This document shows, one piece after another, positions 10,429 to 20,805 of a DNA stretch of 64,000 bases (its first letter is position 1; each line of letters starts with the position of its first letter). A program made the position numbers and the translations under genes. The notes beneath the pieces were generated by a model. The model did no database searches. It saw nothing but the letters and a program-made list of their open reading frames with translations, and was not told where the DNA came from. Where the stretch lies: the NCBI RefSeq assembly GCF_022846255.1, contig NZ_AP025682.1; one strand, 5' to 3'. This stretch comes from Escherichia coli. GTDB lineage: Bacteria > Pseudomonadota > Gammaproteobacteria > Enterobacterales > Enterobacteriaceae.

Positions 10429-11730
10429 TTATTTTAATGGACTAATATCACTATTATTATCGCTATCTGTGATTTTTTCCCCATTCACGGAGATCATTCC
10501 CTGGATATATGAATCCCATAGATGTACGTCACCTTTATGAAAAATAATGCATGACATTGCGATTTTTTGTACTTTATATATCTGTTTATAGTATTCTTCT
10601 GAGTTTAATGGTGTATCTTTCAAGCTTTCATTCCTTGCTGGAAGAATCTTGACGGGACAGATAAAATCTGTATCCCCGAGTGAAAAGACATTAACTCCGG
10701 TTATAAAAAAGATACCCGGAATGTCTTGATGCAATCTCGTATTCCAGACTTGAGGATTAAACAGTTTATATGAATATTTATTTACATCTATATAATATTG
10801 ATGAGGACGCCAATCACTGATACCCGACATACTCATCGTCATATTGATAATTATATCAGGAATAGGTTTGAATAATACACTTAGAATGAACAATATGGCA
10901 GGAGGGAGTATTGCGATAGATAGCAAAGAGTTCAACCCTTCTTCTTGTTTTTCTTCTTGCTCATTTATCACTATCACACCTGGCAACATTCCTAAAAAGA
11001 TAAAAGCTAATGCAATGCAAGAAAATGATAGAAACTGTGATAAGATATCTGCACTCTCTTCAAGTCTGATCTTATTTGTCAAAAATAGCAGGGGGATAAT
11101 CTGAACAAGCCCGGGTAGAATTAAACATAAAGGAAGAGTGTATCTTATCCTGTTCCTGGGACGATATTGTTCGTGATTCTCGTGATTCTCGTGATTCTCG
11201 TGATTCTCGTGATTCTCGTGATTCTCAATGTTCTGTTCCCGAGGGGTATTTTTAGTGAATATTAATTTTTCTGAGAGGAAATATGAGACGAAATAATTAA
11301 ATAATACTATTAGTATTACTTCTGATATGGATGGATATAGAGTATTTTCTTCTGAAAAGGTAGACAGAACTGACTTTAGCACTAATGAAAAATAGAAAAC
11401 AACACTGTTCATATAGCAAATTATAGCAATTCTGTGCGCGATTCCTTTGTGATTTTTATAATAGTCTTTATGCCATGTATATGTATACACCAATACATGA
11501 GAAGATATAAAAATCAGTGAGGTTAGAGCCATTAGAGATAAAAGGATAAATATAAAGATAACACTTAAATAAAACTTTATGTCTATTGAGTCGAAAAACA
11601 AATCAAGTCTACCGAGTCCTTGCAGATAGAACCATATTGCAGATATGGCGCATCCTGTACTAAATACAGAAGACGTTAACATGGCGAGAAAAGCTTTATT
11701 ATTTAAATGTGAAAAGATAGATCTATTCAT
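10429..11730 (-). CDS. hypothetical multi-pass membrane protein with internal (ENH)6 repeat and ~130-aa C-terminal soluble domain
   Basis: ~433-aa ORF (ATG 11730; track start GTG 11739); ~7-8 hydrophobic helices; His-rich loop NIENHENHENHENHENHENHEQ encoded by a 9-bp tandem repeat; AT-rich codon usage. Confidence 0.55.
   Translation of the reverse strand: MNRSIFSHLNNKAFLAMLTSSVFSTGCAISAIWFYLQGLGRLDLFFDSIDIKFYLSVIFIFILLSLMALTSLIFISSHVLVYTYTWHKDYYKNHKGIAHRIAIICYMNSVVFYFSLVLKSVLSTFSEENTLYPSISEVILIVLFNYFVSYFLSEKLIFTKNTPREQNIENHENHENHENHENHENHEQYRPRNRIRYTLPLCLILPGLVQIIPLLFLTNKIRLEESADILSQFLSFSCIALAFIFLGMLPGVIVINEQEEKQEEGLNSLLSIAILPPAILFILSVLFKPIPDIIINMTMSMSGISDWRPHQYYIDVNKYSYKLFNPQVWNTRLHQDIPGIFFITGVNVFSLGDTDFICPVKILPARNESLKDTPLNSEEYYKQIYKVQKIAMSCIIFHKGDVHLWDSYIQGMISVNGEKITDSDNNSDISPLK
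11171..11226. repeat. 9-bp tandem repeat (TCGTGATTC)x6 inside the membrane-protein CDS
   Basis: Six perfect tandem copies seen directly; unit is 3 codons, so copy-number change is frame-preserving. Confidence 0.9.
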
Positions 11731-11945
11731 TATAAGCACATCATATTCTGTTGAGTATATGTCGATTTTATAATGTCATGTTCATGCAGATAATATCATA
11801 AGTAACATTAGTTGAACAAGAACAGAGTTGTAACAGATAAAGATCTCGTTGTTAGTTACATGATCTGATAAATGTTAGCATGAAATAGTAACTATATGAA
11901 GGATATAAGAACCTGTATCATAATGTCATATGCGTTATATCTGAT

Positions 11946-12707
11946 TCAGATATATTTTAATTTTGCTGATAGTTCTCGACATGCTTCAAGAACCAAAGTG
12001 GAATAATATTCTACTTTTTCTTTTGGCATTTGAATTTCCACACCACTAATGCTGATAGCAGCAATTGCTTCTCGAGCCTGATTAAACACCGGGGCGGCAA
12101 TGCAATAAATTCCTGGTGAATCTTCTGCGTTATCAAAAGCCCATCCTCGCTCACGAATACGTGCAAACTCTAGTATTAGATCAGATTTCCGAGTGATTGT
12201 CGTTTGCGTAAATCGAGGCAATGCCTCCTCAGGTAGTAAAGTGTCAATGACGTCTTGAGGTAACCATGCGCATAACGCTTTCCCCACCCCTGAGCTATGG
12301 AGTGGCAGCTTCTTACCTACCCACGTTCTGATACCAATTGGTTGAGTGCTTTCGAGTTTTAAGATATAGATTGGAGCGACTTCCTCAAGAATGCCTAAAT
12401 GGCAGATAAGATCAGTACTATCTCTCAGTTTTTCCAGCACCGGTCTCGCTACCTTACTTATGTCAAACTGTTCTAGCGAGCGATTTCCCCATTCATATAA
12501 TTTCAGTCCAAGGAAAAAACGCCCCCTTTCCTGACGTAACAAATGGTGTTCGACCAGAGCATTCAGTAAAGATGATGTGCTGCTTTTAGGCAGAGCCAGA
12601 TCTTGCTGGATTTGACTGAATGTGGCACCAGGAGAGTTGAAAAGATAATTGCAGATTCTGACTGTTTTATCGAGTGCTGGTACTGGTGTTCTTGTTTGAT
12701 TATTCAT
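11946..12707 (-). CDS. IclR-family transcriptional regulator
   Basis: 253-aa ORF; N-terminal HTH and C-terminal IclR effector domain pattern (GxxxLxxxDxxxxxxGWAxDxEExxxGxxCxAAPVF); divergent from the DapA-like operon. Confidence 0.85.
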   Translation of the reverse strand: MNNQTRTPVPALDKTVRICNYLFNSPGATFSQIQQDLALPKSSTSSLLNALVEHHLLRQERGRFFLGLKLYEWGNRSLEQFDISKVARPVLEKLRDSTDLICHLGILEEVAPIYILKLESTQPIGIRTWVGKKLPLHSSGVGKALCAWLPQDVIDTLLPEEALPRFTQTTITRKSDLILEFARIRERGWAFDNAEDSPGIYCIAAPVFNQAREAIAAISISGVEIQMPKEKVEYYSTLVLEACRELSAKLKYI

Positions 12708-13204
12708 AAAAAAATAACATATGATTTCTTACCAATGCTAAATAGTATACCCCAATCTTTATTAATGCATAGTGATGCTTAATCATTATGTTGCAGTTGA
12801 TCGACACAGGGGGACAAGAGTAGTTGTGTCACTGCCACATCACCCGGCATGCGATTTCACATCGGGATGTTCGAGAAGCATCAATGCTGCGCCCAAGATC
12901 CACCGAAAAGAAACGTGGGAATCACCGGCGGTGGGATTCATTGTCTATGCCCGTGTAGATTAGTGTGGATTTGCTGCACAGATGGTTCCGGTCTGAGAAA
13001 TGGGTAAATTCGTCGTTTACGACGGGAAGCTGCCTACACATGTTATACATCGTCTTCGTGTATCAACATGCTCCTATAAACTCGACTCAACTCACATTTT
13101 TCATTTCACATTGTAAAAACCTTTGACATGCAGAACCTTATTCTGATTCATTATATTCAACATGAAGAACTTTTGTTCCATATACAGAACTTAGTGAGAG
13201 CGAT

Positions 13205-14104
13205 ATGTTGACAGCGTTTAGAGGTATTTTTCCGCCGGTTCCTACTATTGTTGACGCACAGGGGAAACTGGATAAGACGGGTATGGCCCGAATGATTGAC
13301 CATGTAATAGAGAATGGTGCAAACGGAATGCTGATCCTAGGCAGTGGGGGCGAATTCTCACAATTTTCTTCCCAACAACGAAAAGAGATAGCAGCATTTT
13401 GTTTAAATCATGTAGATGGAAGAGTGCCTGTACTGGTGGGGGTTGCTTGTGCCGGGACAGCAGAAACTATTGAGCTGGGACGCCATGCTTATGAGCACGG
13501 AGCTGATGGTGTGCTGGTTGTTAATCCGTATTATGCAAAACTCAGCGATGATGCCCGGTTTATGCATTATAAATCTATTGCTGATACACTTGAAATCCCG
13601 GTGTTTCTCTATAACTTTCCTGATTTAACCGGCCAGGATATTGGACTTGAAGTCATTACCCGGCTGGCCCGGGAAGTTCCTAATATCGTGGGTATCAAAG
13701 ATACAATCGATAACATCAGTCATACCCGAGAAATTATCAACCGTGTACATTCATTTCGTCCGGATTTCATTATATTCAGTGGTTATGACGAATATATGCT
13801 GGACACTCTGTTACTGGGTGGTCATGGCGGTATTCCGGCAACATTCAATTTTGCTCCGGAAATCACACGGGGTATTTATCAGGCTGTTATGGAAAATGAT
13901 CTTGATAAGGCGCGTTATTTCCAACAACAACTGGCAAAATTGTCTCCGTTGTATGCGCTTGAGCAACCTTTCTTTGGGGTGATAAAGACCGCCATCAAAC
14001 TGAGTGGACTGGACATATCTACTGCAGTTATGGCACCGGCTCTTCCGCTCAGTGATGAGAAAATATCCAGAGTAAAATCCATTCTGGAACAAATTCATCA
14101 GTAA
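13205..14104 (+). CDS. DapA/NAL-family class I aldolase/dehydratase (2-keto-3-deoxy sugar acid type)
   Basis: 299-aa ORF; GSGGEFSQ and NFPDLTGQD...VGIKDT motifs; ~50% identical by eye to the YjhH-like ORF at 29909-30814. Confidence 0.85.
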   Translation: MLTAFRGIFPPVPTIVDAQGKLDKTGMARMIDHVIENGANGMLILGSGGEFSQFSSQQRKEIAAFCLNHVDGRVPVLVGVACAGTAETIELGRHAYEHGADGVLVVNPYYAKLSDDARFMHYKSIADTLEIPVFLYNFPDLTGQDIGLEVITRLAREVPNIVGIKDTIDNISHTREIINRVHSFRPDFIIFSGYDEYMLDTLLLGGHGGIPATFNFAPEITRGIYQAVMENDLDKARYFQQQLAKLSPLYALEQPFFGVIKTAIKLSGLDISTAVMAPALPLSDEKISRVKSILEQIHQ

Positions 14105-14120
14105 TCACGAGGGACGCAGG

Positions 14121-15638
14121 ATGAATAACTCTCAGGTACTCAAACTCAATAATCTGGATGATGTTGTGATTGCCATAACAGAGCTTCCTGCCGGAAGCTG
14201 GTTGAAGGCAGAAAATATCGAAACGCGTGACCTTATTCCGGCCGGACACAAAATTGCTCTTCGTGATATTCCTGCTGGTAGTGCGGTTAAGCGCTATGGA
14301 CAAATTATCGGCTTTGCCACTCGTGATATCCGCCAGGGGGAACATATTCATGTTCATAATCTCGGTATGGGAAATTTTGAACGTGATTATGCCTGGGGAA
14401 TAGACAGCCATCTTCCTGAGCGGGATGTCCATCAGGATACTTTTATGGGGATCAGAAGAAAAGACGGGCGAGTGGCAACCCGTAATTTTATCGGTGTGCT
14501 GAGTTCGGTGAACTGTAGCGCAACCGTGGTCAGAGCCATTGAGGATCATTTCCGTACCCGAGGCCTGAGCGATTACCCGAATGTTGATGGTATTGTCGCA
14601 TTGCCTCAGAGCTTCGGCTGCGCCTTTGGCTCTAATACTGAAATGATGAAAGTCATGCGGAGAACGATAGCAGGCTATGCCACTCACGTAAACTTTGCCG
14701 GGATTGTGATAGTGGGACTGGGATGTGAATCATTCCAGATTAAGGACATGATGAATGCCCATGGACTACATGAAAACCCGATGTTTCATACACTGACAAT
14801 TCAGGAAAGTGGCGGAACACGCAACGCTATCGAAAAGGGTATTTCGTTTATTCTTGATATGCTGCCGGAAGCCAACAATGTTAAACGTGAACCTGTTCCA
14901 GTGTCAGAAATTATCCTGGCCCTTGAGTGTGGTGGCTCAGACAGTTACTCAGGAATTTCTGCCAACCCGGCACTCGGTTATGCAGTTGATCGTCTGGTCC
15001 GTCAGGGAGGGACGGCCATTCTGTCCGAAACATCAGAAATCTACGGAGCTGAGCATCTTCTGACACGCCGTGCTATTAATCGTGAAGTGGGAGAAAAGCT
15101 AATCCGCAGGATTAAGTGGTGGGAGGAGTACTGTAAACGTACGGGTAGTGAAATGAATAACAATCCCTCCGCAGGTAATAAAGCGGGAGGGCTGACTACT
15201 GTTCTGGAGAAATCACTGGGTGGAATCGCTAAAGCCGGGACAACCAGCTTAATGGATGTGTATGAATATGCTGAACCTGTAACAGCAAAAGGGCTTGTCT
15301 TTATGGATACCCCCGGGTACGACCCGATGGCGGTAACTGGGCAAATTGCCGGAGGCGCTAATCTACTGTGTTTTACCACGGGTAGGGGATCTGCCTTTGG
15401 AGCAAAACCCACGCCTTGTCTGAAACTGGCGACCAATAATGCATTATGGCAACGACAGCGTGATGACATGGATTTAAACTGTGGCACGATCGTTGATGGT
15501 GAAGAAACGATTGAACAGGTAGGGGAACGTATTTATCAGAGAATTATTGAGCTGGCTTCAGGTAACCGTAGCCGAAGTGAAGAACTTGGGTATGGGAGTC
15601 TGGAATTTGTTCCTTGGATAATGAACTCAATAATGTAA
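14121..15638 (+). CDS. UxaA/GarD-family sugar-acid dehydratase (altronate/galactarate dehydratase-like)
   Basis: 505-aa ORF; SD GAGGGA; N-terminal SAF-like region and C-terminal dehydratase region typical of this family (recalled). Confidence 0.75.
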   Translation: MNNSQVLKLNNLDDVVIAITELPAGSWLKAENIETRDLIPAGHKIALRDIPAGSAVKRYGQIIGFATRDIRQGEHIHVHNLGMGNFERDYAWGIDSHLPERDVHQDTFMGIRRKDGRVATRNFIGVLSSVNCSATVVRAIEDHFRTRGLSDYPNVDGIVALPQSFGCAFGSNTEMMKVMRRTIAGYATHVNFAGIVIVGLGCESFQIKDMMNAHGLHENPMFHTLTIQESGGTRNAIEKGISFILDMLPEANNVKREPVPVSEIILALECGGSDSYSGISANPALGYAVDRLVRQGGTAILSETSEIYGAEHLLTRRAINREVGEKLIRRIKWWEEYCKRTGSEMNNNPSAGNKAGGLTTVLEKSLGGIAKAGTTSLMDVYEYAEPVTAKGLVFMDTPGYDPMAVTGQIAGGANLLCFTTGRGSAFGAKPTPCLKLATNNALWQRQRDDMDLNCGTIVDGEETIEQVGERIYQRIIELASGNRSRSEELGYGSLEFVPWIMNSIM

Positions 15639-15705
15639 TAACACAGGGCAGAGTTTATCCTGCCCTGTTGAAGTAAACACCGTTTTAGATAATTAGAGGT
15701 GAATA

Positions 15706-16713
15706 ATGGAACAGAAACCTGTGTTGGGAATTTTTTTAGGTGAAGCTGCCGGTATCGGACCAGAATTGATTGCTAAGGTTGTTGCTGATGGTACTGTCTA
15801 TAAATATTGCAGACCCGTTCTGATTGGTGATGCCCGTGTTCTTGCTCTTGGACAAAAGATTGCGGGTGTTCATTTTCAATGGGATGTAATAAGTGACCCA
15901 TCAGAGGCAGACTGGAGCACAGGAAATGTACCATTACTTGATTTAAAAAATTTCAACCCCGAAAAACTAACTATGGGGACCATTGATACCGATTCAGGTT
16001 ATGCAACCGGGGAATCATTGGTAACCTGTATGTCATTACTCAAATCAGGAAAGATTGATGGTTTTGTTTTTGCTCCATTGAATAAAGAGGCGTTCAAGAA
16101 AGGGGGCTGGGATATTGAAGACGAACATTATCTGTTTGCAGAGCAGTTAGGATGCCTGGATAGACCTCGCGGCCTGTTGAATGTCCTGGATGATCTCTGG
16201 GTTTTCCGTGTGACCGGACATATTCCGTTCAAAGATATTGCCAGCCATATTACTCCAGAAAATGTTAGCCGTTCGATTCAGTTATGCTATGACACACTAC
16301 GTATGGCAGCTATTGAAAATCCGCGAATTGCAGTTGCTGCACTTAATCCCCACGCCGGGGATGGTGGAACCTGCGGCACCGAAGAAATAGACGTGCTCAT
16401 TCCAGTAATTGAAAGTTTTCGAAAGAAAGGAATGGACATGTATGGGCCAGTTCCAGGTGACACCATTTTTATTCATGCGTTTAATCATGAATATGATGCG
16501 GTTGTTACCCTGTTCCATGACCAGGGACAAATTGCTACTAAACTGCATTCCTTTGACGTGGGAATAACTGTTGCCGCAGGACTTCCGTTCGCTATTACAA
16601 CACCAGAACATGGCACTGCATTTGATATTGCAGGTAAGGGGATCGCAAAAACAATGGCTACAGAGAGGGCTATTGCCGTGGCGGCCAGAATGGCTTCTAC
16701 AACACATAAATAA
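15706..16713 (+). CDS. PdxA-family NAD-dependent dehydrogenase (PdxA2-like)
   Basis: 335-aa ORF; SD AGAGGTG; PdxA-type pattern (AALNPHAGDGG..., HDQGQIA). Confidence 0.75.
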   Translation: MEQKPVLGIFLGEAAGIGPELIAKVVADGTVYKYCRPVLIGDARVLALGQKIAGVHFQWDVISDPSEADWSTGNVPLLDLKNFNPEKLTMGTIDTDSGYATGESLVTCMSLLKSGKIDGFVFAPLNKEAFKKGGWDIEDEHYLFAEQLGCLDRPRGLLNVLDDLWVFRVTGHIPFKDIASHITPENVSRSIQLCYDTLRMAAIENPRIAVAALNPHAGDGGTCGTEEIDVLIPVIESFRKKGMDMYGPVPGDTIFIHAFNHEYDAVVTLFHDQGQIATKLHSFDVGITVAAGLPFAITTPEHGTAFDIAGKGIAKTMATERAIAVAARMASTTHK

Positions 16714-16983
16714 AAATTCATAATAGCAGATAATATAATGTCTAATCTATACAGATAGATGTGAATATTATCTGCGTTATAATAAACTGTATAAGGCTAT
16801 TATAAATAACAGTCGGTGTTTTGATAAGTTGCTGGTTGTTATATCTTTAAAACGAGTTGATGATATTTATTTACTAGATATTCAGTGCGATTATAGCAGT
16901 ACTGTATCGCAAGAAAATAGCAGTGCTGGGGAAGTAGAAAGAATAAATTGCGATTTGCATGCTCATAGATAAGGATAGATCTC

Positions 16984-18342
16984 ATGTATTCAGAATCATT
17001 TGTGATGATAAGTGGGCTTGTTGCAATAGTTATACTTATCATCTTGATCACCCGATTTAAGCTTCATCCTTTTTTTTCATTGCTTATATCGTCTGTATTT
17101 TTGGGAATTGTGAACAATATTGGAGTGGCGAAAAGTGTAGATATATTTACGCACGGGTTTGGTAGTCAACTGTCTGTCACGGGGGTAGTTATCGGCTTAG
17201 GCGCAATGTTGGGGGGGCTATTGGTACAGTCTGGAGGAGGGGACAAAATAGCCGATATTATTATTGGGTCTAGAAAAATTGTTTGGATGCCTCTGTGTAT
17301 TGGTATAGTTTCGTTAATCATCGGTCTACCTAACTTGTTTGAAGTTACTTTTGTACTGATGGTACCCCTTGTGTTCTCTATTACCAAACGTTTGGGGTTA
17401 CCTGTTCTCAGAGTTGCACTCCCAATGTCTGCAGGATTAATGACAGCTCATGCGTTATTACCGCCTGGTCCGGCAACTATTATCGCTGCTACGGCTTATG
17501 GTGCCAGCATCGGAGAAACTACGCTTTATGGGGTGATTATTAGTATACCTGTTCTACTCTCAGGAGCTTATCTTTTCCCAAAAATAATGCACAAACATCT
17601 TAACGTGGGAGAACCTTTGGCACTGAATGAAACTGAACATAGACGGGGAAATAACGAACGTCAATTATATCGCCAACCATCGCTGACTGTCGCTTTGATA
17701 ACAGTTATGATCGCCCCTTGTCTGATGATTGTTGGGACTATTGGACTTGACTTTTTGCCAAAAACAGGTGTGGTCACAGAGGTATTCCAGGCACTAGGCA
17801 ATCCAGTAATAACTCTTGGACTTGCTCTGGTTTATGCCATGATATTTCTGGGACGGGGAGTGGGTTTTAGTAATGAAGAAATCCTGTCTATCAGTAAGAA
17901 AAGTATTGTGCCTATTGTTGGTTTGTTGCTAATTATCGGTGGAGGCGGTGGATTAAAAAACATACTAACAGCAATTGGTCTAAGTGATATTATCAGTAAC
18001 TTTGCTACGGATTGGTCTATTCCTCCGCTATTATTTGCATGGCTGGTGGCAGCTATTTTCCGCATTGCGCTTGGCTCTGGAACGGTGGCGGTCTCAGCTT
18101 CAGGAGGAATCGTTGCCGCGTTACTTACAGCACATCCAGAAACTAACGCAGCTCTATTGGTACTTTCAACTACGACTGGGGCAATGATTTTTTCACATGT
18201 CAGTGATGGGGCATTTTGGTTATTCAAAGAATACTTTGGACTTAGCGTACCACAAACTATTCGCACATGGAGTTATTTAGTCACGATACAGTCCATTGTC
18301 GGGCTTATAGGTGTATTGGTTCTAGGCGCTATTCTCAGTTAG
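16984..18342 (+). CDS. GntP-family (gluconate:H+ symporter family) permease
   Basis: 452-aa polytopic ORF with GntP-type motifs (LPPGPATIIAA...; IIGGGGGLK). Confidence 0.85.
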   Translation: MYSESFVMISGLVAIVILIILITRFKLHPFFSLLISSVFLGIVNNIGVAKSVDIFTHGFGSQLSVTGVVIGLGAMLGGLLVQSGGGDKIADIIIGSRKIVWMPLCIGIVSLIIGLPNLFEVTFVLMVPLVFSITKRLGLPVLRVALPMSAGLMTAHALLPPGPATIIAATAYGASIGETTLYGVIISIPVLLSGAYLFPKIMHKHLNVGEPLALNETEHRRGNNERQLYRQPSLTVALITVMIAPCLMIVGTIGLDFLPKTGVVTEVFQALGNPVITLGLALVYAMIFLGRGVGFSNEEILSISKKSIVPIVGLLLIIGGGGGLKNILTAIGLSDIISNFATDWSIPPLLFAWLVAAIFRIALGSGTVAVSASGGIVAALLTAHPETNAALLVLSTTTGAMIFSHVSDGAFWLFKEYFGLSVPQTIRTWSYLVTIQSIVGLIGVLVLGAILS

Positions 18343-18427
18343 TGGTTCTGTATTCAATATATAAGAAAGCAATATCAAGTTTTAACATCTTTAATTTAAT
18401 AGATATAGTATTAAAGGAGAGTAATTT

Positions 18428-19693
18428 ATGTCCTCCAATGAGAAAGCAACAAATATAAGATGGAGAATATTTTTTGTACTTTTTCTTCTTGTTGTTGTCA
18501 GTATGATTGATCGAGCCTCAATATCTATAGCTATGCCTACTATCGCTAAAGATTTGGGATTAAGCGATACGATGCAGGGATTAATACTAAGCGGTTTTTT
18601 CTGGACTTATGCTTGTATGCAAATACCCGGTGGGTTTCTGGCCGATAAATTTGGGGCAAGAATTGTACTGACATGTTCTGCCATTATTTGGGGAACTGCA
18701 GAAGCCTTATTAGGATTATGCCCAACAGGTTTCGCTTTACTTGCTGCTAATCTATTGCTTGGTGCAAGTGAAGCACCTGTGTTTCCCTCAGGCGCTAGAC
18801 TTAATGCAATTTGGTTAAATAAAAATGAAAGAGCTCGTGGAGCAACATTAATGGATGCCGGAGGTCCATTTGGGGCTGCAATTGGTGGAATATTAGTAGC
18901 TGAAATGATGCTTTATTTTGCATCGTGGCGGGTTACATTCATTATCTGTGGTGTTGCGGCTATCACTCTGGGGTTAATAGCTTACTGGATTATTCGCGAC
19001 AAACCTGAAGATTCACCAAATGTAAATGATAAAGAATTAAGTATTATTAATCTCGATCGTGTTGAGCAACATATAGTAGCAGAAAACAATGAGCCATTAT
19101 TAAAGGTTATTCCTCTACGTTCTTTTATTGGTATGCTTTTAGGTCGTTGTTCATGGGCAATGTGTTTCTTTGGTTTATTAACCTGGGGACCAGGATATCT
19201 TACACGAGCATTAAATCTGGATTTAAAAGCTGTTGGTTTTGCCACAATGATTATATTTTGCGCAGGTGGTTGTGGTAGTCTTTGTGGCGGATGGCTGGCA
19301 GATAAACTCGCAAGTAAAGGATTTGGGCGAGCTAGAACGTGTAAATTTCTATTAACTGTATCAGGTATCTGTACACTAATATCATTTGCTTTATTACCAA
19401 GCATACCAGATGTAAAAACATCAATTATTCTGCTGTCCTGCGCCGCGTTTGTTTTGATGTGGGGTAGTATGTACTGGACGTTTCCTCCTTTATTAGCTCC
19501 CCGTTCCCGTGTAGCTACTGTCGGGGGCATGATGAATATGGCTGGAAGTGTTGGAGGTATTTGCATTCCACTATTGGTAGGACTTATTTTGGATGTGACG
19601 AACTCATTCAATCCTGTACTCTACTTTTTTGCTGGTTGTGCTGTAATATTTATTTTAATGACTAATATTATCGATTTACGACACGTGCGATAG
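18428..19693 (+). CDS. MFS transporter (anion:cation symporter-type, sugar-acid transporter-like)
   Basis: 421-aa ORF; SD AAGGAGAG; 12-TM MFS pattern with MIDRASISIAMPTIAKDLGLS N-terminal signature. Confidence 0.85.
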   Translation: MSSNEKATNIRWRIFFVLFLLVVVSMIDRASISIAMPTIAKDLGLSDTMQGLILSGFFWTYACMQIPGGFLADKFGARIVLTCSAIIWGTAEALLGLCPTGFALLAANLLLGASEAPVFPSGARLNAIWLNKNERARGATLMDAGGPFGAAIGGILVAEMMLYFASWRVTFIICGVAAITLGLIAYWIIRDKPEDSPNVNDKELSIINLDRVEQHIVAENNEPLLKVIPLRSFIGMLLGRCSWAMCFFGLLTWGPGYLTRALNLDLKAVGFATMIIFCAGGCGSLCGGWLADKLASKGFGRARTCKFLLTVSGICTLISFALLPSIPDVKTSIILLSCAAFVLMWGSMYWTFPPLLAPRSRVATVGGMMNMAGSVGGICIPLLVGLILDVTNSFNPVLYFFAGCAVIFILMTNIIDLRHVR

Positions 19694-19702
19694 GAGATAA
19701 AC

Positions 19703-20653
19703 ATGAACATCAAGCCACTAAATTTATATGATGGCCCTGTAATTGATGCGCATCATCACTTCTGGGATCCGATAGAAAATGATCATCCTTGGCTAAAGCC
19801 GGATGTTTTAATTCCTTTTAGATATGGTGATTATACGGCGATTAAGAAAAAATATTATCCTGAAGATTATTTTGCAGATGTAGGTGATATTAATGTCGTT
19901 GAAACCTGTTATATGGAGACTGAATGGAATCCAGCGGATCCATGTGGTGAAAGCGATTTCATTACATCAGTAGCAAAAATGACAGGTTATCCAAATGCTG
20001 TTGTCGGACAGGCTTGGTTAAATCATGATGATATAGATTCTGTGTTGAAGATGCAGAGTTCATATGAGTTGATGCGAAGCATCAGGCATAAGCCAGAGGG
20101 GCCTGATAAACCAGAGGATGTTGGATCGTATACAACTCTGATGAGTGATGAAAGATGGCGATATGGGTATTCATTACTTTCAAAATACAATCTAATGTTT
20201 GATCTGCAAACCCAGTGGTGGAATTTGCATGAAGCTGTAAAACTGGCAAATGATTTCCCAGACACAGTAATAATCCTTAATCATACAGGGCTCCCTGCAC
20301 AACGTTCTGTTGAAGGGTTGGCCGGGTGGCATTCAGCAATGGCTTCTTTGGCTGAATGTGAAAATGTGATGGTTAAAATATCGGGTATAGGTTTAAAAGG
20401 GATTCCATGGACAGTGGAGAATAATCTATGGATAATATCTGAAACGTTATCAATGTTTGGTCCTGACAGGGTCATGTTTGCAAGTAATTTCCCCGTGGAC
20501 AGTCTTTGTGGCAGTTTCAGTGATATATTTCATGGCTTTATGACTGTTTGCGAGATGAAAGGGTATTCACATGCGGCTCAGCGGAAAATGTTTCATGACA
20601 ATTGTAAGAGAATCTATCGAACAATCCCACCAAGTGAATTGAAGGAAGTATAG
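19703..20653 (+). CDS. Amidohydrolase_2-family metal-dependent hydrolase (lactonase/decarboxylase type)
   Basis: 316-aa ORF; SD AGGAG; N-terminal DAHHHFWDP metal-binding motif typical of this family. Confidence 0.7.
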   Translation: MNIKPLNLYDGPVIDAHHHFWDPIENDHPWLKPDVLIPFRYGDYTAIKKKYYPEDYFADVGDINVVETCYMETEWNPADPCGESDFITSVAKMTGYPNAVVGQAWLNHDDIDSVLKMQSSYELMRSIRHKPEGPDKPEDVGSYTTLMSDERWRYGYSLLSKYNLMFDLQTQWWNLHEAVKLANDFPDTVIILNHTGLPAQRSVEGLAGWHSAMASLAECENVMVKISGIGLKGIPWTVENNLWIISETLSMFGPDRVMFASNFPVDSLCGSFSDIFHGFMTVCEMKGYSHAAQRKMFHDNCKRIYRTIPPSELKEV

Positions 20654-20805
20654 CTGATAATCATATTTAATGATATCTGAGGTTTATTATTGTATAACTC
20701 ATGGAAATTCATGATTCGTAAATGTGAGTTATATCTATATGCTGTTGAATAGTGATACGCAAGAAGCACATAAAAATATAACATAATAATACTCCGTAAA
20801 CATTT

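Noticed and set aside
11171-11226. Possible CRISPR array
   Set aside because: Tandem repeat without spacers, 9-bp unit, located inside a CDS; not CRISPR. No repeat-spacer arrays seen anywhere in the window.
14049-14687. 212-aa minus-strand ORF
   Set aside because: Antisense to the well-supported UxaA/GarD-like dehydratase gene; shadow ORF.
18982-19611. 209-aa minus-strand ORF
   Set aside because: Antisense to the MFS transporter gene.
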